Shown in pieces: positions 1-9,060 of a DNA stretch of 41,449 bases. The notes under the pieces are model-generated. The model saw nothing but the letters and a program-made list of their open reading frames with translations. It made no database searches and was not told the origin of the DNA. Origin of the DNA: a virus (Duplodnaviria > Caudoviricetes); the IMG/VR virus record IMGVR_UViG_3300011444_000007, positions 1-41,449 of that record; one strand, given 5' to 3'. A program made the position numbers and the translations under genes. Each line of letters starts with the position of its first letter. The first letter of the stretch is position 1.

Positions 1-123
1 AGCGAACAGCAACTGGATCTGACGAGCGCTCGCTTTCGCGCCCGGGTACTTGCTCCCGGGAATCGACATGGTGCGGCGCCCGGTCTGCGTGCCGGTGCCC
101 TGCTCGTTGGTGTGCAGTTCCTC
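1..123. repeat. 123-bp direct terminal repeat, copy 1 (circular contig overlap)
   Basis: Bases 1-123 are identical to 41327-41449. A minus-strand ORF reads in frame across the junction. Confidence 0.97.
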
Positions 124-387
124 GATTGCCGTGTCGTTCCAGCCGCGCACCGTGCAGGCGAACGTGTGCCAGTTCGACCCGCGCGTGATCGCGCCGACGG
201 CACCCAGGGCCTCGTACTCGACAAGCAGCGACTCGCCGATCGGTTGCAGCACGCACAGCCTCACGAGCCCGAGCGCCGTCCCGCCATAGGGGAACTCGGC
301 GGTGGCGAGGTCGAGGGTCGGGTTGATGACGATGCGGCCGGTTGCCCGGATGACCTGCGCGACGTTGTTCTGAGCGGCGGGGTTCAT
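1..387 (-). CDS. 5' part of a 189-aa junction-spanning structural-region protein (continues 41326->41144); paralogue of 384..1043; possibly tail-tube-like
   Basis: ATG at 387 overlaps the upstream TGA (ATGA). Translation MNPAAQNNVAQVIRATGRIVINPTLDLATAEFPYGG... stays open through the junction to ...RLPDLEL*. The ORF track misses it because of the contig break. Confidence 0.85.
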   Translation of the reverse strand, partial: MNPAAQNNVAQVIRATGRIVINPTLDLATAEFPYGGTALGLVRLCVLQPIGESLLVEYEALGAVGAITRGSNWHTFACTVRGWNDTAIEELHTNEQGTGTQTGRRTMSIPGSKYPGAKASARQIQLLFA

Positions 388-1043
388 AGCTCGAGGTCCG
401 GCACCATGCCGAGCATCGCGACCCGGCCGAGCCCATCGGCCACCACGTCGAAGTTGAGCGGCATGACCAGTTCCTTGCCGCGCTGCAACGCGACCGCGAC
501 GCGCTCCTGCATGCTCGGGACCGCGTGGTACAGGATGATGCCCGGGACATGCGCGATGTCGTCGGGCACGAACAGCAGGACGACGCCTCGGGCCCACTCG
601 TGCGAACCCGGGTACTCGAGTCCCGGCACGCTGTAGACCGCGTGCCCCGACTCGCCGCGCGTGAACAATCCGCCGAACAGCCGCTCGATGACCGTGCCGT
701 TCCAGCCCCGGACCTCGCAGGTGAAGACGTGCTGGATCGGCCCCTCCAGGATCTCGCCCACGTCGCCGAGCCCTTCGAACGTGACGAGCAGTGGTTCACT
801 GACTGATCGCAGCGCGCACATCTGCACCCGGCCGAACTCGATGCCGCCGAACGGGAACTCGTGCGCCGCGAGGCTCAGGGTGGGCGCGATGACGAGGCGG
901 CCAGGCGCCCGGATGATGCGGCTCGTGCCGCCGTCCCGATGCAGCCAGTCGGCCGCAACCGGCGCGGCGGTCGGCGGCTCGGCGCCTGCTGGCCCAGCCG
1001 CCAGAGTCACGCCGCACAGCGCCAGGAGTCCGCGGAAGCCCAT
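384..1043 (-). CDS. Hypothetical structural-region protein with N-terminal signal-like leader; paralogue of the junction gene
   Basis: 219-aa ORF. Shares IRAxGRxVIxPTL, EFPxGG, FxCxVRGWN, YPG, LLFxPDD, HVP and C-terminal PDLEL with the next gene. Confidence 0.8.
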   Translation of the reverse strand: MGFRGLLALCGVTLAAGPAGAEPPTAAPVAADWLHRDGGTSRIIRAPGRLVIAPTLSLAAHEFPFGGIEFGRVQMCALRSVSEPLLVTFEGLGDVGEILEGPIQHVFTCEVRGWNGTVIERLFGGLFTRGESGHAVYSVPGLEYPGSHEWARGVVLLFVPDDIAHVPGIILYHAVPSMQERVAVALQRGKELVMPLNFDVVADGLGRVAMLGMVPDLEL

Positions 1044-1052
1044 CGGGTTGGC

Positions 1053-1520
1053 TCAGTGCTTCTTCGTCAGGAGTTGCGCCGCCGTCGTCGCGACCACGAG
1101 CGCGAACACCGGGCTGGCCGGGTCGACGCCAAGCAGTTCGTCGACCGACAACGCGCCGTCGCTGTTCTTGTCGACGAGCCGGAACAGTTCGGGCGGCGCC
1201 TGCGCCTTGATCTTGGGGCCGATCTCGGCGAGCGCGACCTGCACGGCCGCGGTGCCATAGACGCGCGCCAGCTCGGCGGCGTACGCATGCCAGTCGCGCG
1301 GCTTGCCGGCCGCGGCTTCCTCGGCCGTGATCTTCGCGTCCCACGCGAGCAACATATCGGCGAGCATCGTGGCCTCCGTGGGCGCGTTGATGATGCCGTC
1401 GACGGTCACGTCGCGGACGGTCGTCCAGCGCGCGCGGTCGGCCTGCACGTCGGCCGTCGAGCGCCCGGCCTGGCACGCGACAAGCAACAGGGAGAACAGG
1501 ATGATCGAGATGGTCTTCAT
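1053..1520 (-). CDS. Putative lipoprotein with EF-hand motif (155 aa)
   Basis: MKTISIILFSLLLVAC has a lipobox-like LVAC. DKNSDGALSVDE fits the canonical EF-hand loop. Start overlaps the upstream stop (ATGA). Confidence 0.75.
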   Translation of the reverse strand: MKTISIILFSLLLVACQAGRSTADVQADRARWTTVRDVTVDGIINAPTEATMLADMLLAWDAKITAEEAAAGKPRDWHAYAAELARVYGTAAVQVALAEIGPKIKAQAPPELFRLVDKNSDGALSVDELLGVDPASPVFALVVATTAAQLLTKKH

Positions 1521-1906
1521 GGGCGCTTCCGGTCTTCGAACTCGTCGACGACGCGCTTGAGCACTTCGTCGACCTGGTTGCCGAGAATGGTCAGGTGATG
1601 GGAGATGGACTGCAGCGTGAGGATCTGGGTCTGGTGAATCTCGGTGCGCTCTGCCTCCCGCAACTGCCACCGCTCCTCGCGCTTCACGGCATCCTGCCGA
1701 TTCTCGTCGTGCATCTTGTCCTGGCGCGCCTGCATGGCTTCCCAACGCGCCATGATCCAGCGAGACACCAGCAACACGAACCCGCCGATGGCGGCCGCGA
1801 TGCCGAGCCACCACGGACCTTCGGCGTTCCCCGTGACCTGCAGAACGGTGCCCGAGATAACGGTCGTCGCGAGTCCGAACAATGAACAGTCCGCGTTGAT
1901 GCTCAT
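1517..1906 (-). CDS. Holin-like membrane protein (hydrophobic helices plus coiled coil)
   Basis: Hydrophobic segments (LFGLATTVISGTVL; WWLGIAAAIGGFVLLVSRWIM) followed by a charged coiled-coil-like tail. Lies after the fibre genes. Confidence 0.55.
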   Translation of the reverse strand: MSINADCSLFGLATTVISGTVLQVTGNAEGPWWLGIAAAIGGFVLLVSRWIMARWEAMQARQDKMHDENRQDAVKREERWQLREAERTEIHQTQILTLQSISHHLTILGNQVDEVLKRVVDEFEDRKRP

Positions 1907-2853
1907 GCGGTGTCGAGTTCCGTGATGGCTTCGGCGTCAGGGTCCGAGGTGATGGCCTGCGTGCCGAATGCGGTGATGTCGTCCTCGGCGTAGATCGTGA
2001 GCAGCACGTCGCTAGCCGCGATCTTGTTCACGAGTTTCGAAGTCGCGCCCATGAGGCTCCGGAAGATGACCGAATCGCCGAAGCTCGACGCGCGCGCGCT
2101 CGTGATGCTGCGGCGCAGGATGTGGTCGGCCAGCTTGTTGCCCGCGTCACTGGCCAGCGCGGACGCGTCGATCGCACCCGTCGCGACGGCCGCGGCCGTG
2201 ACCGTGTTGGCCTGCATGTCCACGACCACGGCTTGCATCAGACCCGCGTCGTCGAGGGCCGCCGGGATCCTGGTCTGGATGTTCGCCACGTTGCTCCCGA
2301 CCGTGGTCAGCGACGCGGCCGTCGCGAGCCCGCTCTGAATCGCCGTGATGGCGCCAGCGTGCAGCGCGCCCGACGTGATCGCGCCGGATCCCCATGCGGT
2401 TCCTCCCGCGTTGACGACATTCACGCCGATCTGCGCGGTGCTCGTCGAGACTGCGGATCCCGCGATGTGGCTCATGTTCACCTCGGGGCGCCCAGACGCG
2501 AACGTGCCGGCGCTGCCACCGAAGCTCTGCACGTCCACCTTGATGTCCCCGGTCTCCTGCGGGTAGAGCACTAGCGTCGTCGTCTTGGCGCCAACCGTGC
2601 TGGTCTTGACGATGACCGCCACGCAGTCCGCGTTCATCTCGGTACTCGTCAGGTCGAGGTAGTAGACGCCGCTGCTCGTCGCGATCTCGGTCGCCTCATT
2701 CGTGCAGTCGGCGAACGTCCCCTGATCCTTCGACACCTCGGAGTCCAGTCCCGTCGCTCCCGTCACCAGGTCGCCGTCCGCATCGAGCAGCGGGAACACG
2801 ACGCGGAAGGCCGTGTTCTTGATCGGGACTGGTCTCGCGTCAGTGCTGGCCAT
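1903..2853 (-). CDS. Putative virion fibre/accessory structural protein (316 aa)
   Basis: Ala/Gly/Thr-rich. Beta-rich N-terminus (GVYYLDLTSTEMNAD) followed by AITxxA-type repeats typical of phage fibre proteins. Confidence 0.6.
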   Translation of the reverse strand: MASTDARPVPIKNTAFRVVFPLLDADGDLVTGATGLDSEVSKDQGTFADCTNEATEIATSSGVYYLDLTSTEMNADCVAVIVKTSTVGAKTTTLVLYPQETGDIKVDVQSFGGSAGTFASGRPEVNMSHIAGSAVSTSTAQIGVNVVNAGGTAWGSGAITSGALHAGAITAIQSGLATAASLTTVGSNVANIQTRIPAALDDAGLMQAVVVDMQANTVTAAAVATGAIDASALASDAGNKLADHILRRSITSARASSFGDSVIFRSLMGATSKLVNKIAASDVLLTIYAEDDITAFGTQAITSDPDAEAITELDTA

Positions 2854-2856
2854 GGC

Positions 2857-3624
2857 TCACCACACTCCTCGGTTGGTCACTGGCGAATGCGGGACGCCAC
2901 CACATCGCTTGGATGTCGGTTGTCCAGCCGCGGCGACCACATCCGCCACTGCCGTGATGGTCGCTTCGGTGGCGTCCCACGCGACAGGTGGCGGATCCTC
3001 GTCGGTCGGTGACGCACTCTCGGTCCACGAGTTGCCGAGCCCAGAGTAGTCCGATGCCCGGTTCGTGCGCAAGAACGGCCAGATGCCGTAGTCCGTGTCG
3101 AAGCTGCACGGCATCGCGGTTCGCATCTCGCGCGTGATCTCGGCAGCGGTCAGCGCGCGGTTCCACGACTTCCAGCCCCACAGCCTGGCGTCGCTGAAGT
3201 TGCTCGCCCCAGACTCGTAGTAGGCGCCCAGGTGCATGAATGCGGCCGCACCGCGACCCGCAACGCTGTTCGTGTTGGTGTCGACGCGGACGCCGTCCAC
3301 AAAGAGGTCGAGAACCGAATCGCTCGACCGCACCATCACAACGTGATACCAGACGCTGTCGACATACCCGGACGAGCCCCCCGAGTTGCCGCCGCCTCCG
3401 CCCGAGAACGCGGACAGTTTGAAAACTCCGTAGTCCGTGAGGAACGCGTCCATGTCGCCGAAGTCGTGGCTCACACCCTCGATCGCGACGACATAGCACG
3501 TCCCGATCAGGCTGGCGAAGCGGATCCAGCCGCCGATCGAGTAGCCCATGTCGGCGTTGAAGTCGATCGGGTTGCTGCTGATGGACAGGTATTGGCTTGA
3601 CGCCGCTGTGAGCCGAAGTGCCAT
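2857..3624 (-). CDS. Concanavalin A/LamG-like domain protein
   Basis: YSIGGWIR, WYHVVMVR, LFVDGV and WNRALTAAEI are LamG-family signatures. Confidence 0.8.
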   Translation of the reverse strand: MALRLTAASSQYLSISSNPIDFNADMGYSIGGWIRFASLIGTCYVVAIEGVSHDFGDMDAFLTDYGVFKLSAFSGGGGGNSGGSSGYVDSVWYHVVMVRSSDSVLDLFVDGVRVDTNTNSVAGRGAAAFMHLGAYYESGASNFSDARLWGWKSWNRALTAAEITREMRTAMPCSFDTDYGIWPFLRTNRASDYSGLGNSWTESASPTDEDPPPVAWDATEATITAVADVVAAAGQPTSKRCGGVPHSPVTNRGVW

Positions 3625-3627
3625 GCG

Positions 3628-4134
3628 CTACGTGTCGGACCACTCCATGACCACGCCAGTCATCTGCGCGTCGCCGCTCATGGTGTCGGAACCGTCCGCA
3701 CCCTTGCGCCTGATGCGCAATGCCAGGTAGTCGCCGGTCGTGATGCTATCCAGGTTGCTGGCCGTCACGGTCGCGACGTGCAGGCGCTGCACGGTCGTCC
3801 CGAGGTGCGAGTCGGTGGCGGTGGTCTCGGTCGCCCAAGCGTCCGTTTCGATGTCCTGCGTATCGGTGTCCGGAGTCAGGCACGCGAGGCTCGCGCCCCA
3901 CACCACGTCCCCGCTGCTCGCCGTGTCTGCGTACCACAGGATCTTGACCGTTACGTTTCCTGAGCCGTAGGCCGGGACGTAGGGCAGCACGAACTGCACG
4001 GCCTCGGTGCCCGTCGCGTCGAAGCTGCAGGACTGCACCGTGATCGTGCTGCCTGCCTGCTTGAACTCGGGGAAGGTCTCGCCAGCGACCGGAGCGGCCT
4101 GCCGCGCGGCGAACTGCACCCTCGTGGTGGCCAC
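3628..4134 (-). CDS. Hypothetical beta-sandwich virion protein (168 aa)
   Basis: GTG start; beta-rich with SGDVVW and LRIRRxGxxxSDT motifs. Sits in the structural operon. Confidence 0.65.
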   Translation of the reverse strand: MATTRVQFAARQAAPVAGETFPEFKQAGSTITVQSCSFDATGTEAVQFVLPYVPAYGSGNVTVKILWYADTASSGDVVWGASLACLTPDTDTQDIETDAWATETTATDSHLGTTVQRLHVATVTASNLDSITTGDYLALRIRRKGADGSDTMSGDAQMTGVVMEWSDT

Positions 4135-4382
4135 TAGATGTCCCTCCCGTACTTCTTGAGCGCGATGGCGGCGAGCAGCGCGGCCTTCTGACCAGTCGAA
4201 GCCGCGCCGCGGTAGGGCTGCGGGAGCGCCGAATTGAACGCGGCGGAGTTCGCTTCGATCCAGTCGTCGGTCGCGTTGACCGCGGCCCGGAAGTCAGCCT
4301 TCACGACTGTGCCGGGGCACTCCGCGCGCTCCATCAGGATACGCCATACCGTGGCGCGGTCGGGGTCAGAGAGAACTGTCAT
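4134..4382 (-). CDS. Hypothetical protein (82 aa)
   Basis: Plausible composition, tightly packed in the operon, AGGA RBS upstream. Confidence 0.7.
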   Translation of the reverse strand: MTVLSDPDRATVWRILMERAECPGTVVKADFRAAVNATDDWIEANSAAFNSALPQPYRGAASTGQKAALLAAIALKKYGRDI

Positions 4383-4403
4383 GGTCGATGTCCTGTTGTG
4401 CCA

Positions 4404-4985
4404 CTACTTGATGATCGACGCCAGGATCAAGTCCTGGGCGTCCTCCGCTATCTCCTTCGTGATGCCGACGAACGGGCGCGCGTGCACCCGGCTCTTGATC
4501 GGCTGGTTGCGGAACTTGTTCGCCAGCAGCCAACCGAGCGCCTTGCGATACTTCGATCCGCGGCCGTCGAGCCATGCGGCGATGCGCTCGCGAATCGTGT
4601 CGGTGAGCGACGCGCTCTGCGTCTCGCCGCCTTCCTGGTGCACCTTGGCGTAGGACAGGTTGGACCCGACCTCGAGTTCAGTCGCGCCCACCACGCGGAA
4701 CGAAATGGACTGCGCGAGCCGGCCGGTGTCGCGAAGGGCCGGACGGTCCTCGAAACGTCGGCGCGGCGGCTCGCTCTTGCCGGCGGCGAAGTCCGCGATG
4801 ATGCCCATGAGGTTGATGGGGCCTCGCGGTTCCCAGGCCACGTCCCCGAACTTCTGCTCACGGAACGCGCGCTGGCTCGCCGCCACCATCATGGCGCCGA
4901 TGCCGCGCAAGATGCTGTCGGGCCGCTCAAGATCCTGTGTCAGCCGGCGGATCTTGTCGCCGGCATCGACATCGAGGTTTCCCAT
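4404..4985 (-). CDS. Phage virion morphogenesis protein (Mu gpG / tail-completion S family)
   Basis: LRDTGRLAQSI, VGSNLSYAKVHQEGG and ARPFVGIT motifs. Confidence 0.85.
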   Translation of the reverse strand: MGNLDVDAGDKIRRLTQDLERPDSILRGIGAMMVAASQRAFREQKFGDVAWEPRGPINLMGIIADFAAGKSEPPRRRFEDRPALRDTGRLAQSISFRVVGATELEVGSNLSYAKVHQEGGETQSASLTDTIRERIAAWLDGRGSKYRKALGWLLANKFRNQPIKSRVHARPFVGITKEIAEDAQDLILASIIK

Positions 4986-4986
4986 C

Positions 4987-5457
4987 TCACGACTCCCTCG
5001 CCGTTCGCGTGTTGGGCAGGATGCCGTTCGGCAAGGTCGCGCGATCCGCCCAGCCCATCACGGGGCCGTGCAGATCCTCCGCGATCGTCTGGACGCCGCT
5101 GTTCGTCGCGGGGCCCTGGTGACCGCGCGGCCCGGTCTTGCGCACCTTGCTGATCGTGCCGTTGTCGCCGAACACTTCGTCCCATTCGATCTTCGCGATC
5201 TCGACCGACACGCCGCCGCGGCTCTGCAGCATCGCGATCACGCCGCGCTTCGCGACCTCGACGTGCAGCCCGTCGGTCGCATCGTAAGTGACCTGCGCGT
5301 AGGCCGGCCAGAGGTTCAGAACTCCCTGCGCCGCGTTCTGGCCAACCGTGTCGTCGATGGCGGTCTCGTCGCTCTTGCGGATGTTCGTCAGCGCGACGAG
5401 GCCATCCTGATCGTAGCTCTCGACCACCGCGTCCCACAGGTCGGTTGCGTCGGTCAC
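4987..5457 (-). CDS. Head-tail adaptor, Mu gp36 (DUF1320)-like (156 aa)
   Basis: GTG at 5457 overlaps the upstream stop. The LVALT...IDD...A...Y pattern and position just before the gpG-like gene fit. Confidence 0.55.
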   Translation of the reverse strand: MTDATDLWDAVVESYDQDGLVALTNIRKSDETAIDDTVGQNAAQGVLNLWPAYAQVTYDATDGLHVEVAKRGVIAMLQSRGGVSVEIAKIEWDEVFGDNGTISKVRKTGPRGHQGPATNSGVQTIAEDLHGPVMGWADRATLPNGILPNTRTARES

Positions 5458-6239
5458 GCGTCCTTGCCCCCCTCCATGCAGTCCTGGCATTCCAGGATCA
5501 GCTTCTGGGTCGGATTGCTGTAGGTCTTGCTCAACCACGCGCCGACGCTCGGATTCGGGGCGAGCGTCGCCATGTCCAGGGTCACGTCGAAGCTCGTGCC
5601 GCAGTCGAGCGACTTGGTGTCGGTGAACAGGTAGTCACAGGTCGACGTGTTGCCGGTACTGACTGCGGTGCCGGCAATCGGTGTGATTGCCGCGTTAGGA
5701 ACCCCGGTCAGCGGGTTCGTAATCAGCAGATTCGGGATCGCGGGCGAGATGCCGATGTCCGGGTCGTTGCTCAGGAACAAGCCGAACTTGATCGACACGA
5801 TGAACTCGCACGGCGCACTGGTCTCGCAGTTGCCTGCCTCGTCGACCGCGCAGCTGCCGGAAGCCTGCACGACCTCCGCCCTGACGACGGTGAGGTTGCC
5901 GAAGTCGCCTGCCACCGTGGCGAAGTTCACGCCAGGGCTATCGGCCGTGGTCGGCATGGTCTTGATCCAGGAGAACGTGTTGGGGTCCCACTGCAGATCG
6001 ACGCCGACGTTGGGGAACAACTGACCCGGATTGGAGTAGCGCGGCGGCGCCGCGTCGCAGAACCCGCATTCGACAGGCTCCAACGTGCTCGGCTCGTTGT
6101 TGTCGACGATCGTCAACCGACCCTCGTCGAGCGCCCTGCGCCGCGCCCGGATGGCCTCATCGGTGAACGGCTTCGGGTCGCTCTGGCTCTCCGTCGCGTT
6201 CGTCATGCGGTCGTAGTGGGATGCCGGCTTCTGCGTCAT
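5454..6239 (-). CDS. Cys-rich hypothetical protein (261 aa)
   Basis: ORF in operon frame; beta-rich with several Cys, including CGFC and CQDC. Confidence 0.7.
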   Translation of the reverse strand: MTQKPASHYDRMTNATESQSDPKPFTDEAIRARRRALDEGRLTIVDNNEPSTLEPVECGFCDAAPPRYSNPGQLFPNVGVDLQWDPNTFSWIKTMPTTADSPGVNFATVAGDFGNLTVVRAEVVQASGSCAVDEAGNCETSAPCEFIVSIKFGLFLSNDPDIGISPAIPNLLITNPLTGVPNAAITPIAGTAVSTGNTSTCDYLFTDTKSLDCGTSFDVTLDMATLAPNPSVGAWLSKTYSNPTQKLILECQDCMEGGKDA

Positions 6240-6242
6240 GGC

Positions 6243-7607
6243 TCATGGGTCGGTGAAGGTCGGGCTTCCGCTGCTCGGCAGGTAGCCGTAGCCGCCGATG
6301 AACAGCCACCACTGGATCTTGCCGGTTGCCGGCGCGCCCCCCGTGTCGGTGAACTCGAGCACGTCATCGAGCAGCCAGGACACGGGCGACGCGTTGTTGC
6401 CCCGGATGATCCAGTAGGTGCCGTCGATCGCATCCCACTGCGTGAAGATCAGGTCGTCGACGAGCAGGTAGCCGCTCGTGCTGGTGGCCCACTCGACCTG
6501 GATCTTGAAGTCCGCCTGATTGAAGTTGCGCGGCCAACAACTGGTGCCGATCGGAACCAAGACCTCGTTCCAGCCGGCGGCCAGGCTCGCGACCGAAGTC
6601 GTCACGGTCACGGACCCCATGCGCACGATGAAGTTGCCGCCGACCGCGGTGCCTGCCGACTTGTTGACCATCACGCGCAGGAAGTAGGGGGAGTTCGGGT
6701 CGATGCGACCCGATCGCATGTCGGTCAGCAGTTGGGTCAGCGTGACGGTGCCGGCGCCGCCCGTGATCTTGAGCGAGCCATTGACACCGCCAGTCCGGTT
6801 GGAGTCCGGGTTGCTGCGGTAGTAGGCGCTCGTGTCCTGCGTGATGGACGCGCCACCGGCCGTCTCGGTCCACCCGACGAACTTCGGCGAGCCTCCGCTC
6901 GCGTAGCTGTCGAAGCTGCTGTTTCGCAACAGGCTGCCGCCCTGCGCCGTGCCGGCGTGCTGACTCTGGATGCTGGTGCGCCCAGCCTCACCCGAACCGA
7001 AGCCTGTCGCCGCGCGACCGATCGCGTCCTGCGACGCCGTGAGGCCCAGGCACTCGAACAACTCGGCGAACTCGTCGGCCCCCGTGTTCTCGTCGGCGCG
7101 GCACCGGAAGGTCTTCTTCTCAACGTTGCAGAACTCGAGCGGGTAGTTGTTCTGATCGACCGTGAGTCGCGAGACGGCTCCGTTGCCCACGATCGCGCCG
7201 CCGGTCGCCACGTTGCTGGTCGTCGCGGTCGTGTCGAACGTGATGCCGCGCGACTTGACCGTCAGGCTCCCGGCGTCGAAGTGCTCATAGAGCGCAACGA
7301 AGATGTCGCTGGTGTTGCGGAACGCGTTGCCCGCCGACAACAGACGCGAGTACTCGAACAAGATCGGGTCGATGAACTCGCGAACCCGCTGCTGGTCGAT
7401 GCAGCCCGAGAGTGTCGCGCGCAAGCGCGCGGTGCCGGTCGAGAGACCGGCAGGCGTGTAGTCGCCCTCCAGACTCTGGAGCAGCGTGTCCCACAGCCCG
7501 CCGCCGCCGGCCAGCGTGCCGTCGACGTAGTTGCGGAGCCCTTCCAGGACCGCTACCGAGTTCTTCCACTGCGACTGGACCTCGGCTTGGGTGGGGGTTC
7601 CGCTCAT
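6243..7607 (-). CDS. Putative virion structural protein (454 aa) with a carbohydrate-binding-like beta domain
   Basis: Gly/Thr-rich. LLRNSSFD...GW resembles the start of a CBM4/9-like fold. Lies in the head operon. Confidence 0.65.
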   Translation of the reverse strand: MSGTPTQAEVQSQWKNSVAVLEGLRNYVDGTLAGGGGLWDTLLQSLEGDYTPAGLSTGTARLRATLSGCIDQQRVREFIDPILFEYSRLLSAGNAFRNTSDIFVALYEHFDAGSLTVKSRGITFDTTATTSNVATGGAIVGNGAVSRLTVDQNNYPLEFCNVEKKTFRCRADENTGADEFAELFECLGLTASQDAIGRAATGFGSGEAGRTSIQSQHAGTAQGGSLLRNSSFDSYASGGSPKFVGWTETAGGASITQDTSAYYRSNPDSNRTGGVNGSLKITGGAGTVTLTQLLTDMRSGRIDPNSPYFLRVMVNKSAGTAVGGNFIVRMGSVTVTTSVASLAAGWNEVLVPIGTSCWPRNFNQADFKIQVEWATSTSGYLLVDDLIFTQWDAIDGTYWIIRGNNASPVSWLLDDVLEFTDTGGAPATGKIQWWLFIGGYGYLPSSGSPTFTDP

Positions 7608-7618
7608 GGGTCAGGTGT

Positions 7619-8290
7619 TCAGTTGGTCGGCGGGGCGCCCGGGAACGGCCAGGGCAGTCCGGCCTTTTCCAGGGTCTCGGGGTAGGTCGCGCCTGCGCGC
7701 GGGTTCTGCTGGTCGCACAGCACGGCGAACATGTAGCGGGCCGCCGGCTGGTCGAGCGGGCCCTGTTCGTAGCGATGGGCCGGCCGGCCGGCCGCCTCGA
7801 TGGTCTTGATGTCTTGCTCGCGCGGGATCGTGAGCACCTGTCCGCGGCGCTTGCGCGTGAACGAATCCGCGACGCTCAGGCCGACCCCTGCCTCGTCGAG
7901 CAGCTCCTGCCGCGTCTTGTCCGCGTACATCCGGATGACGGTGCGCGGCAGCCGCTCGCTCAGCCTGCGGATCTCGGCCTCTCCGAGTTGCACGATGTGC
8001 CCGACCACCGGGATCCGGCGCGTCGTCTGGCCGGCCACCTGCACGGTCTCGGTGAGCTTCGGGAAACCGACGCCGCACACGTCGATGCCGTCCGTCGGGC
8101 AGTTCGGCGTAACGCCGAGCCAGAAGTAGTAGCGCGTGAGGATCGAGGCCCGGTTCTTGTCCAGGTCCGGCACCAGCCTCGATCCGGCCACTCGGGGCGC
8201 GCGGTCCGGCTCGATCATCGCGGTCGTCGCGGTCGCGGCCACGTTCTTGGGTTCGGTCGGCGGCACGTCGTCGGTTCGTTGCTTGATCAT
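7619..8290 (-). CDS. Hypothetical protein (223 aa)
   Basis: Plausible composition, between capsid and head-completion genes. Confidence 0.7.
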   Translation of the reverse strand: MIKQRTDDVPPTEPKNVAATATTAMIEPDRAPRVAGSRLVPDLDKNRASILTRYYFWLGVTPNCPTDGIDVCGVGFPKLTETVQVAGQTTRRIPVVGHIVQLGEAEIRRLSERLPRTVIRMYADKTRQELLDEAGVGLSVADSFTRKRRGQVLTIPREQDIKTIEAAGRPAHRYEQGPLDQPAARYMFAVLCDQQNPRAGATYPETLEKAGLPWPFPGAPPTN

Positions 8291-8387
8291 CTCGGGTCAT
8301 CTCCGATGCGATGGGTTGTCTGCGACTCGGGCCGCCTCCCCGACATGAGGCGGCGGCCCGCAGTGTTGTTAGCGCCGACGCTCGCGA

Positions 8388-9056
8388 TTACGAGACGAAG
8401 GACAGCTGGACCTCGTGCCAGCGAACGAAATACTGCATCTGGGCCGTGACGGCCGCGAGCTTCACCGCGCCCCACGAGAACAGGCCGCCGGGGCGCACCA
8501 CGTAGATGCCGTTCACGAACGCCTCGTTGATGCGCCACTTGCTGCCCGCGACCGCGCCCGCGATGTGCGTCAACTGTCCGTGCGGGAACCACTGCGACAG
8601 CACGGTGGCGCCCGCGACGGTGCGCGCCGCGGTCTGGTTCGTCGTGCGTCCACTCGTCGAGCACTTCGTGAGGCCCGCATCGGTCGGCGCCGCCACGGTG
8701 CCTGGCGTCATGTTCGCAACGAGCAGCGTGTTGTTGGCTTGGGTCGCATCAATCACGATCTCCATGCAGCCGAACGAGTCGATGACGTAACACTTGCCCG
8801 TGCTCGCCTCGCCGTTCCAAAGCGAGTGCGGCGCCGTGGTGGTCGGCAACGCTGCAATTGAGTCGACAGCCGCGCCGACGATCTGGAACGTCGAGCCGAG
8901 GCGCGCGAGATCGGCCAGGAGAGGCATCGAGTTCGCCACCGCCATGTCGCCGCGCTCGGTAACCGCGATGATGCCGTTGCTCGAGCTGTCGGACTGGTTG
9001 ACGACGGTCGTGCCGCGAACCGTACCGCGAATCGCATTGGTGTCGTTGGTGGCCAT
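8388..9056 (-). CDS. Putative capsid-associated protein (222 aa)
   Basis: ATG at 9056, 4 nt after the MCP stop. Translation MATNDTNAIRG... is beta-rich. Confidence 0.7.
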   Translation of the reverse strand: MATNDTNAIRGTVRGTTVVNQSDSSSNGIIAVTERGDMAVANSMPLLADLARLGSTFQIVGAAVDSIAALPTTTAPHSLWNGEASTGKCYVIDSFGCMEIVIDATQANNTLLVANMTPGTVAAPTDAGLTKCSTSGRTTNQTAARTVAGATVLSQWFPHGQLTHIAGAVAGSKWRINEAFVNGIYVVRPGGLFSWGAVKLAAVTAQMQYFVRWHEVQLSFVS

Positions 9057-9060
9057 TGGA

